A stretch of DNA of 26,336 nt from a virus. Lineage: Duplodnaviria > Caudoviricetes. Every line of letters begins with the position of its first letter. Position 1 is the first letter of the stretch. Of this stretch, positions 16,423 to 23,367 are shown piece by piece. The stretch is taken from IMG/VR virus record IMGVR_UViG_3300048109_000311, positions 1 through 26,336 of that record; one strand, given 5' to 3'. The notes beneath the pieces are model-generated. The model saw nothing but the letters and a program-made list of their open reading frames with translations. It searched no databases and was not told the origin of the DNA. A program made the position numbers and the translations under genes.

Positions 16423-17571
16423 ATGAATTCAAATGAACTATTGGCATCCCTAAACGCGGATGTAATGAATGAAGCTTTTGAGATAGCAAGAACAAACATA
16501 CCAGGTGTTATTGGTACTATTAAAATGGGTGCAAGTAGAATTCCAGAGTCGGGCTCTAAATTATCTTGGATGGATATGCAAATTTCAGCAGGTGGAGATA
16601 CTGTAAATGGTGCTATTGCTAACAACGTAACAACTTTAGTTGTAGATGATGGTTCTAAGTTTAGAGCAGGTATGCAAATATCGGTTAAAGATTCAGATGA
16701 GGTTATGCTAGTTACAGCAGTATCAACTAATTCACTTACAGTTACAAGAGGATTTGGTGGAACAACAGCAGTTGCAATAGTAGATGATGCAGTTGTTACA
16801 ATTGATTCAGTTGGTAGAGGCGAAAACTCACTAGGAGAAGATGATGGGATTGTTGAACCAACACCAAAAGATAACTTATTCCAAACATTCGATACACAGT
16901 TAAACTTCTCTAGAAGAATGATGGCAACAGCACAGCATGGGAACATGAACTCAATCACTACTCAAATTAGTGAAAGAATGAAGCAATTAATGATTCAAAT
17001 GAATAGAGCATTAATTAAAGGTAGAAAAGCAACTGCTACTGTAGGTTCAGATTCAGTAACTTTTGTTGGTGGTGTAAAATATTACTTAGATCAAACTGGT
17101 GCTTTAAATGTTGATAACTCAGGTGCAGTTTTAACAGAAACTAAACTTGATGATTTATCAGAGGCTATTTTATTAGCAGGTGGAACTTCAGATACTATTG
17201 CAGTAAACACTAGACTTGGAAGAAAACTGACTGCTTTAATGAGAGCTAATTTCCAATCTCAAAGATTATCAGAGTCACAAGATGATAAAGGTGCAGTTTC
17301 AAGAATTGTTTCAGACTTACCATTAGTTGGAAATGTAAACCAAATTGTTATTGATACAAACCTAAATGATGATGAATTAATTATGTATGATTCAAGCATG
17401 ATTGAAATTATCCCTATGGGGGCAGGTAATGGAGAGCAAGACGGTAATTGGCAGACTAAAGATGCTACAGCCCAAGGTCAAGATGGTGTTAAAGTTAGAA
17501 TTATCGGTGACTTCTCATTTGAGATTAAACAAGCGGAAACACATTTCCATAGATTATATAATATTGGCTAG
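16423..17571 (+). CDS. major capsid protein (SU10/DUF5309-like) with inserted beta domain
   Basis: 382 aa; NLFQTF, MNRALIKG, GGVKYY, IIGDFSFEIK; insertion TTLVVDDGSKF...EVMLVTAV.TNSLTVTRGFGGT. Confidence 0.85.
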   Translation: MNSNELLASLNADVMNEAFEIARTNIPGVIGTIKMGASRIPESGSKLSWMDMQISAGGDTVNGAIANNVTTLVVDDGSKFRAGMQISVKDSDEVMLVTAVSTNSLTVTRGFGGTTAVAIVDDAVVTIDSVGRGENSLGEDDGIVEPTPKDNLFQTFDTQLNFSRRMMATAQHGNMNSITTQISERMKQLMIQMNRALIKGRKATATVGSDSVTFVGGVKYYLDQTGALNVDNSGAVLTETKLDDLSEAILLAGGTSDTIAVNTRLGRKLTALMRANFQSQRLSESQDDKGAVSRIVSDLPLVGNVNQIVIDTNLNDDELIMYDSSMIEIIPMGAGNGEQDGNWQTKDATAQGQDGVKVRIIGDFSFEIKQAETHFHRLYNIG

Positions 17572-17573
17572 TC

Positions 17574-17825
17574 ATGGCTAAGTTTAAATCTACGAAATTG
17601 GACAAGCAGATAGCAGTACCTAATACTAGGACTGTTATCAAGTTTAAGAAGGGCTTCTACGCAACAACAAAAAAAGTTGAACTAGAGGCTATTCGAAAAG
17701 CAAAAGGTGTTGAAGAAATAAAAGATACACCAGAGGCTATTCGAAAAGCAAAAGGTGTTGAAGAAATAAAAGGTGTTGAAGAAATAAAAGGTGTTGAAGA
17801 AATAAAAGATACACCAGCAGGATAA
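17574..17825 (+). CDS. small post-capsid hypothetical protein with internal repeats
   Basis: IKFKKGFYAT then EAIRKAKGVEEIK repeats. Confidence 0.7.
   Translation: MAKFKSTKLDKQIAVPNTRTVIKFKKGFYATTKKVELEAIRKAKGVEEIKDTPEAIRKAKGVEEIKGVEEIKGVEEIKDTPAG
17684..17816 (+). repeat. nested perfect tandem repeats (48 bp and 18 bp)
   Basis: AGAGGCTATTCGAAAAGC...GATACACC twice; second copy expanded by AAAGGTGTTGAAGAAATA x3. Confidence 0.9.
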
Positions 17826-17830
17826 AGTTT

Positions 17831-17856
17831 ATAGTGTCCTTTTTTAAGGGCATTAT
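17831..17856 (+). terminator. hairpin after the capsid operon
   Basis: ATAGTGTCCTT-tttt-AAGGGCATTAT. Confidence 0.6.
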
Positions 17857-17875
17857 TAAGCCTTAAAGGAACAAA

Positions 17876-18352
17876 ATGATATTTAATGAGATAAAAAAAC
17901 CTGTTTCCTTAGAAACTACACTATCTGTAGCTAAAGGTTCTGCACAAGGCTTAGGACAAGCATTATTAGCTAATGATGGACAACCAGCTAAGACTGTCTT
18001 AGCTGTAGGATATACCAATACAGGCAAGGTACAAGGCGTATCTTTAGGTGATGGGAATGTTGTTGAGGTTAATGGGGTTGCTGTAAGCAGTATAAATGAC
18101 TTTAAAGCAACTATACCAACAGATAGTACAACTGATTTAACACCCGTATTAACTGCTATAAGTAATTTAAACGATATAACACCTGCAGATGCTAGAAGTG
18201 CATTTAATGAAGCTGATTTTAAAGACAAAAATACAGAACTTGAAATACACAACTGGCTAGATAGTTACACGAATAAAGACAACTGGAAGGAAAGTGCTAC
18301 AGTTGATGCAGATGTAGTAGCTACAGCAGTATGGGATAAGGTAATAGAATAA
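17876..18352 (+). CDS. putative virion protein
   Basis: AAGGA RBS; C-terminal VATAVWD motif; structural module. Confidence 0.65.
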   Translation: MIFNEIKKPVSLETTLSVAKGSAQGLGQALLANDGQPAKTVLAVGYTNTGKVQGVSLGDGNVVEVNGVAVSSINDFKATIPTDSTTDLTPVLTAISNLNDITPADARSAFNEADFKDKNTELEIHNWLDSYTNKDNWKESATVDADVVATAVWDKVIE

Positions 18353-18558
18353 TGACTTATGCAGAGAAATTATCATCATTAAGTAATGTTAGTAATGTAA
18401 CAGCTAGTGAGCATTTACATAATATTACTTTTGAAGTTAGAAAAATACCAACAAACGAAAATTACTCATTAAGTACAAGCTTAAAAGGTATAAGCACCAA
18501 TACTAACTTAAAATCTATAAATACAAGTGCTTCATTAACAATTATAAAAGGAAAGTAA
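18352..18558 (+). CDS. S/T-rich hypothetical protein
   Basis: TAATG coupling on both sides. Confidence 0.6.
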   Translation: MTYAEKLSSLSNVSNVTASEHLHNITFEVRKIPTNENYSLSTSLKGISTNTNLKSINTSASLTIIKGK

Positions 18559-18884
18559 TGGATAAATTAGAAAGTATAACAAGGGGTGATAGCATTCCTG
18601 AGATAAATTTCACATTAGAAAGTATTGATAGTGTGGCTGGATGGAGTGCTACAGCTTCATTTTTTGACAATCAAGGAAATAACCCCGTAGAAATAAACCT
18701 AGATGATAGCGTAGCTGTTGAGAGTGGTAATTTAGTATTTAAAGGACACCTAACATCTACGAATTCAATGTTGTTAGTAGCAAATAGTTATAAAGTATCA
18801 TTTAAAGCTATTAACCCTACTGCAAATGATACATCTATAGAAGATATTTATAGCATAGATATCAAAGACAATTTACAAGATTAA
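18558..18884 (+). CDS. beta-sandwich (BppU N-terminal-like) virion protein
   Basis: ITRGDS..INFTL...W.A motif; alternating beta pattern. Confidence 0.5.
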   Translation: MDKLESITRGDSIPEINFTLESIDSVAGWSATASFFDNQGNNPVEINLDDSVAVESGNLVFKGHLTSTNSMLLVANSYKVSFKAINPTANDTSIEDIYSIDIKDNLQD

Positions 18885-18892
18885 GGAATAAA

Positions 18893-19312
18893 ATGTCATT
18901 AATTATTTACCCAGCAGCAGATTATGATTCATTTTGTAGTGTTTCAGATGCTACTACTATACTTGATAACAACTTATTAAGTATTAGCGAATGGACTGCA
19001 CTTGACAACACGAACAAAGAAAAGCTTTTAAGACAAGCTACATTATTGATATCAACTAGAATTAAACTACCTGATACACTAGAAACAAATCTAAAAAAAG
19101 CAACTGCATATTTAGCTAATTACTCTATCGGTAAAGATATGACTAACTCGTCAAGCGATAGTAATGTAAAGATTGAAGAAATAGCAGGTACTATTAAAAC
19201 AGAATATTTCAGCCCAAATAAAAGCGACAATGATTTTCCCGACATTGTAGATATGTTAATAAGTAGTTATGGGATTGTTCAAAGTGGTAGCTTTGTAATG
19301 GATAGAGCGTAA
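18893..19312 (+). CDS. head-tail adaptor ('DnaT-like' phage family)
   Basis: DSFCSVSDA...W...KEKLLRQAT..I, LKKAT..LA, IAGTIKTEY. Confidence 0.75.
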   Translation: MSLIIYPAADYDSFCSVSDATTILDNNLLSISEWTALDNTNKEKLLRQATLLISTRIKLPDTLETNLKKATAYLANYSIGKDMTNSSSDSNVKIEEIAGTIKTEYFSPNKSDNDFPDIVDMLISSYGIVQSGSFVMDRA

Positions 19313-19683
19313 TGAGTTACATTGCTAAAATTGAAAAAGCTTTAAGTAAGCACGGTTCAAGTGGTCGAATTATTACTAAAGGTCAAGAGCTTTCTCTTGG
19401 GGATGCTGGTTATGATGATATGGATACTGATAATAATAAAGGTACTCCAACTTATACAGATGTTGACATTTTGCCAACTAAAAACGATACCCAAAAGCTT
19501 CAAAGCATTTCAAGTGATTTAGTTGGTAAAGAGGTAGTAACATTTTTATTTTATAGCGATATGGATATAAATAGAGTTGATCACAATATAGAATTTAATT
19601 CGAATGTTTATTCATTAGTAGATATAGAAAAAACGATATATCGAGATGAACTATTAATTTATAAGGTCATTGGTGCTAACTAA
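19312..19683 (+). CDS. head closure/stopper protein
   Basis: size and synteny after the adaptor; beta-rich C-terminal half. Confidence 0.55.
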   Translation: MSYIAKIEKALSKHGSSGRIITKGQELSLGDAGYDDMDTDNNKGTPTYTDVDILPTKNDTQKLQSISSDLVGKEVVTFLFYSDMDINRVDHNIEFNSNVYSLVDIEKTIYRDELLIYKVIGAN

Positions 19684-20006
19684 TGGGTTTAAATGAAGAA
19701 CTAAGTGTTATACTAAGTGCTACTGATGAAGTGGTTTTTAAAAAGGCTACTAAACTAAGAGTTCAACTAGTAAAGGCAACTCCAAAGCTTACAGGTCAAT
19801 TAGTTTCTTCATGGACACCATTAAAGAAAAAAGGCGAGGGTCATTATGTTTTGACTAATACGCAAGATTATGCAGAGATTAGATTGCAAAAATATAGAAA
19901 AGTCAAGGGCATTACTTACGGGTCTTTAAAATTCCCAAATGGTATTAATCCAATAATCGCACAAATGAATAATGAAATAGAAAAAAGTTTAAAAGGTATA
20001 AAATGA
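19683..20006 (+). CDS. neck/tail completion protein (HK97 gp10-like)
   Basis: TPKLTGQLVSSW...TNTQDYA motif. Confidence 0.75.
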   Translation: MGLNEELSVILSATDEVVFKKATKLRVQLVKATPKLTGQLVSSWTPLKKKGEGHYVLTNTQDYAEIRLQKYRKVKGITYGSLKFPNGINPIIAQMNNEIEKSLKGIK

Positions 20007-20413
20007 GTGTATCAATATTAGAAACAGCAGTTACAATACAAAGATATGTAGTGCAAAATATCGCAGAAACTGGATTAACTGTATCAGATATCAATGTGTT
20101 TGATGATAAATTCGATGATAGCAATAAAAGCAAATGGATAGCTTTAGATACTTACCCAGTTGCTAATAATTTAATAGCTGTAAATGGAACAGTAGCAGGT
20201 GTACAAGAGCTTTTAACAACTGTAGATATATATTGTTACAATACTAATAAAAAGAATACTTATGGTTTAGTTGATGATGTAAAATCTATGCTAGAGAATA
20301 GAGAGCTAGATAATGGTGTTATTGTTAGGCTTGGAACACCACAACCACCAAACAAATTACAAAATAATGTTTGGGAATGTGTAGTTTCTTTTAGTGTTAC
20401 TCAGAGCGGATAA
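20003..20413 (+). CDS. tail terminator protein
   Basis: synteny; WI, VDIYC, WECVVSFS pattern. Confidence 0.6.
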   Translation: MSVSILETAVTIQRYVVQNIAETGLTVSDINVFDDKFDDSNKSKWIALDTYPVANNLIAVNGTVAGVQELLTTVDIYCYNTNKKNTYGLVDDVKSMLENRELDNGVIVRLGTPQPPNKLQNNVWECVVSFSVTQSG

Positions 20414-20852
20414 AGCTTATAACTTCATCTTTATCAATATTAAACATATTAGTTTTTACGTTTAGTTTTTTAATGTAATTCAAAATAGTATACCTACTCT
20501 TATTGTTTTGAGTTGCAAATTTTCTAACAGATAACCATTTGTTCTTAACTATTGTTTCTAAAATATCTACTTCTAATTTTCTTATTTTAAAAGATTTATC
20601 ATTTTTAGTTAAGATTCTATCTACTCTATTTAATACAAAGATATGACCATTTATAATAAATCTATAGTTTCCTAAGCTTACTCTGTTTTCTATCATTTCA
20701 GCATATAATTGTGATACTTTAGATATATTTCTTTTATTACCTCTGTAATCCCAAATAGTTTTTCTTGCAATTTCTAAGAAATCAGCTAACTTAACATCCG
20801 TATCTATGTCATGATAATACTTGATTATGTTTAATGTTTTATTATTGTTCAT
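20397..20852 (-). CDS. putative DNA-binding regulator (N-terminal HTH + OmpR/PhoB-like winged helix)
   Basis: [17 protein letters not shown]; [31 protein letters not shown]...TILNYIKKL. Confidence 0.6.
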   Translation of the reverse strand: MNNNKTLNIIKYYHDIDTDVKLADFLEIARKTIWDYRGNKRNISKVSQLYAEMIENRVSLGNYRFIINGHIFVLNRVDRILTKNDKSFKIRKLEVDILETIVKNKWLSVRKFATQNNKSRYTILNYIKKLNVKTNMFNIDKDEVISFIRSE

Positions 20853-21262
20853 TCTTCATCCTTTAATATATCAGTATATAGAAATATTAATTTTTCATAG
20901 TTACTGCCATTACCATATTTCCTCCCAACTGCTTCTATAGCTTCATTGGTATCACCCCAAAAGCAACCTAATTGAAACATTACACAGTCTTTATACTTTA
21001 CTGCTGTACATAATCTATTAAACTCACCTGCAGTAAATGACTTTATATTTTTAGCTCCAAAAAGGTTAGCTCCTCTAAGGTCTGCTCCATAAAGGTCTGC
21101 TCCATAAAGGTCTGCTCCATAAAGGTCTGCTCCTCTAAGGTTAGCTCCAAAAAGGTTAGCTCCTCTAAGGTTAGCTCCTCTAAGGTTAGCTCCTCTAAGG
21201 TTAGCTCCTCTAAGGTTAGCTCCTCTAAATATTATTTCCCCTTCCAAATTTGTAATTATCAT
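20849..21262 (-). CDS. pentapeptide-repeat protein (start ATG 21262)
   Basis: 12 A(N/D)L(R/F/Y)G repeats; AAGGA RBS; C-terminal QLGCF motif. Confidence 0.9.
   Translation of the reverse strand: MIITNLEGEIIFRGANLRGANLRGANLRGANLRGANLFGANLRGADLYGADLYGADLYGADLRGANLFGAKNIKSFTAGEFNRLCTAVKYKDCVMFQLGCFWGDTNEAIEAVGRKYGNGSNYEKLIFLYTDILKDEE
21052..21227 (-). repeat. 15-bp tandem repeat encoding pentapeptides
   Basis: GCTCCTCTAAGGTTA / GCTCCATAAAGGTCT units on the + strand. Confidence 0.9.
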
Positions 21263-21345
21263 TTTCAATCCTTTTTCATAATTGTATAATAAAGAAACTA
21301 TTTTATCAACAAAACAAAGGAAGTAAATATATTTTTATAAAGTAG

Positions 21346-21376
21346 TGTCACGATTAGTAACAATTAATGCTATAAT
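21346..21376 (+). promoter_or_regulatory. putative late promoter 4
   Basis: TGTCAC-gatta-GTAACA-attaa-TGc-TATAAT. Confidence 0.75.
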
Positions 21377-21397
21377 TATAAAAAACAAAGGTATAAA

Positions 21398-22369
21398 ATG
21401 AAAAATACTAGAAAAACCGCCTTGCTTTTAACAAGTGGAGCAACAGCACCAACAATATCGCAACAATTTATCACAGATAGTGCAGTAGTAGTCAATCCTC
21501 AAACGGATGACGATAACTATAAAGTTTTAACAGGTTCGCTTGGTGGTGGAAATGTAACTTACACAGATGCAAACAAGGTTACATTAAATCAATCACTTAA
21601 TCACATTATGATTGCTTCTAATCCTGACGGAACATCACTTGCAACACCTCCTCAGTATGGAGAAGCTTTAAAGATATGTGGATTTACTGAAACTATTGAT
21701 ACAGCTACAGCAGGACAAGAAACGGTAACTTATACAAACACACAAAGCCCAGCTAAGGGGTCGGTAACTGTTTATCAAGATGGTCATAAATTTTCAGCTA
21801 CAAACTCTGTAGTAGGTTCTTTAACTATTGATGGTCAAGCAGGTAGAAAAATGACAATGGGTGTAGCCTTACAAGGTTATTACGATAATGCAGGTATCCC
21901 AGTAGTTGAAGCAACTCCAACACTACCAACTAAAGATAACACTTCACAAGTAGGGTTCACTACAGTTGATTTAGTTACTTTTGATGGTACAGCAGTGACA
22001 GCAGATGCTTTTAGAATTAATATGAATCCTGAAATCGGAAATACTTATGCAACAGGCACAAAAGAATTCAACATTGATGACTACAGTCCAACGATTGAAG
22101 TAGATTTTTTCACAACTAACGCAAACTACTTAACAGCATTTAATGATAGAGCAGATAAAACTGTAAAAGAAATTATCATCCAAACTAACAAAGATGCTTC
22201 GGGAAATATGGTAAGCGGTAAATCTATTCAAATCAAAGCTTCAAGAGCATCTGTGGCAGGTATTAATGATGGTGATACTGATAATAAAATTAAAAGAACA
22301 TTAACATTTAATCTAGGTTTAGATGGTTCTCAAATGGCTTTAGAGATTAAGCACGGATACTTTTCTTAA
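21398..22369 (+). CDS. major tail (tube) protein
   Basis: 323 aa, T/G-rich; PPQYGEALKICGF.ET; precedes chaperone and tape measure. Confidence 0.8.
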   Translation: MKNTRKTALLLTSGATAPTISQQFITDSAVVVNPQTDDDNYKVLTGSLGGGNVTYTDANKVTLNQSLNHIMIASNPDGTSLATPPQYGEALKICGFTETIDTATAGQETVTYTNTQSPAKGSVTVYQDGHKFSATNSVVGSLTIDGQAGRKMTMGVALQGYYDNAGIPVVEATPTLPTKDNTSQVGFTTVDLVTFDGTAVTADAFRINMNPEIGNTYATGTKEFNIDDYSPTIEVDFFTTNANYLTAFNDRADKTVKEIIIQTNKDASGNMVSGKSIQIKASRASVAGINDGDTDNKIKRTLTFNLGLDGSQMALEIKHGYFS

Positions 22370-22382
22370 TCTAAATTAATTA

Positions 22383-22462
22383 ATCGGTCAAGGTTTTAAA
22401 TTCCCTTTTGCTACTTGACCGATACTGTAAAAGCAAAAGGGTAACAACAGCAGAAAAGGGAA
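22383..22462 (+). promoter_or_regulatory. H-type RNA pseudoknot / SD-sequestering element
   Basis: 22383-92 pairs with 22414-23; 22403-12 pairs with 22432-41; alternative 22401-09 with 22454-62. Confidence 0.7.
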
Positions 22463-22465
22463 AAT

Positions 22466-22927
22466 ATGCTATTAACTATAAAAGAAAAAGAATCAATTAA
22501 TAAATTCAAAATTGAAGTACCGCAAGAAGATGGAGCACTTCACGAAATTAACGGAAAAATCAGAGAGCTTACAGAAGATGAACAAACTCTATATGATGCA
22601 AGATATAAGGATGATATTGAAAAAGTCGTTAGTATCTCAAAGCTATCAGAAGAAATACAAGAGCTTACACTTATTAAAGATATCGCTTTAGAAGATAAAG
22701 ACAAGAGAAAAGCTGTAGAGATGATCACCAAACTAAAACCTATGCAAGAAGAATTAAAAGGTTTATTAGTTGGTTTTGATATGGAATTAATTACTGAAAC
22801 AATGATTAAAGATAGGTATGATATCGCACTAACAGAAGGCAAAGAAGAAATACTTTCATTATGTGAAAAGTATGGCTATTCATTAGTAAATGATACATTA
22901 ATTAAAGCAGTCGAAGAGGGAAAGTAA
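22466..22927 (+). CDS. tail assembly chaperone (gpG-like)
   Basis: between tail tube and tape measure; ends in G GGA AAG TAA. Confidence 0.85.
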   Translation: MLLTIKEKESINKFKIEVPQEDGALHEINGKIRELTEDEQTLYDARYKDDIEKVVSISKLSEEIQELTLIKDIALEDKDKRKAVEMITKLKPMQEELKGLLVGFDMELITETMIKDRYDIALTEGKEEILSLCEKYGYSLVNDTLIKAVEEGK

Positions 22928-23250
22928 CAAGAGTAGAAAATCTTTTAGTCTGGGCGGAACAATACGCTCAGGGAGATGATTTTACTAAACTACAAAGCTA
23001 CGAAATAGAAGAATATAAGAATCATCCAAACAATAGTTATGTAATATTTGATAAAGAAGATTTGGAGTACGATTTAGTACATATTTTTAAATCAATCCCT
23101 TATGAATATAGTTCGATAAGTGGAAAGCCTTTGAAGTTAGATTTTGACCGTATGAGTTCAAGACTTAAAAGCCGTGATTTAGATGTAGATTATTATTCAG
23201 AATTACTAGATGCTTTGTTTGCTCGTTTCGTAGCTTATCTTCCAAAGTAG
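22918..23250 (+). CDS. -1 frameshift extension of the tail chaperone (gpGT-like)
   Basis: GGGAAAG at 22918-22924; -1 frame open (GKVTRVENLLVWAEQY...) and continuous with ORF 23062..23250. Confidence 0.85.
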   Translation, partial: GKVTRVENLLVWAEQYAQGDDFTKLQSYEIEEYKNHPNNSYVIFDKEDLEYDLVHIFKSIPYEYSSISGKPLKLDFDRMSSRLKSRDLDVDYYSELLDALFARFVAYLPK

Positions 23251-23268
23251 GATTAATTTCCTACTTTT
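23244..23268 (+). terminator. intrinsic terminator after the chaperone genes
   Basis: AAAGTAGGA-ttaatt-TCCTACTTT-T. Confidence 0.7.
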
Positions 23269-23313
23269 ATTAAACTTAAAAAAACTAAAATTCTAAAAAA
23301 TAAACTAACCAAC

Positions 23314-23344
23314 TGTTTCTAACAGTAACAAAATATGATATAAT
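23314..23344 (+). promoter_or_regulatory. putative late promoter 5
   Basis: TGTTTC-taaca-GTAACA-aaata-TGa-TATAAT. Confidence 0.75.
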
Positions 23345-23367
23345 ACTAATAAAAAAGGGTTTATTCT

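Noticed and set aside
16338-16958. 206-aa minus-strand ORF (likewise 17863-18252, 19945-20133, 22540-22842)
   Set aside because: Antisense to capsid, neck or chaperone genes; explained by codon bias.
18340-18370. 17876..18352 and 18352..18558 as one split gene
   Set aside because: Ordinary TAATG coupling with an AAGG RBS; no slippery site seen.
17684-21227. Tandem repeats at 17684-17816 and 21052-21227 as CRISPR arrays or DGR TR/VR pairs
   Set aside because: Contiguous in-frame coding repeats without spacers or adenine-specific variation; no cas or reverse transcriptase gene in the window.
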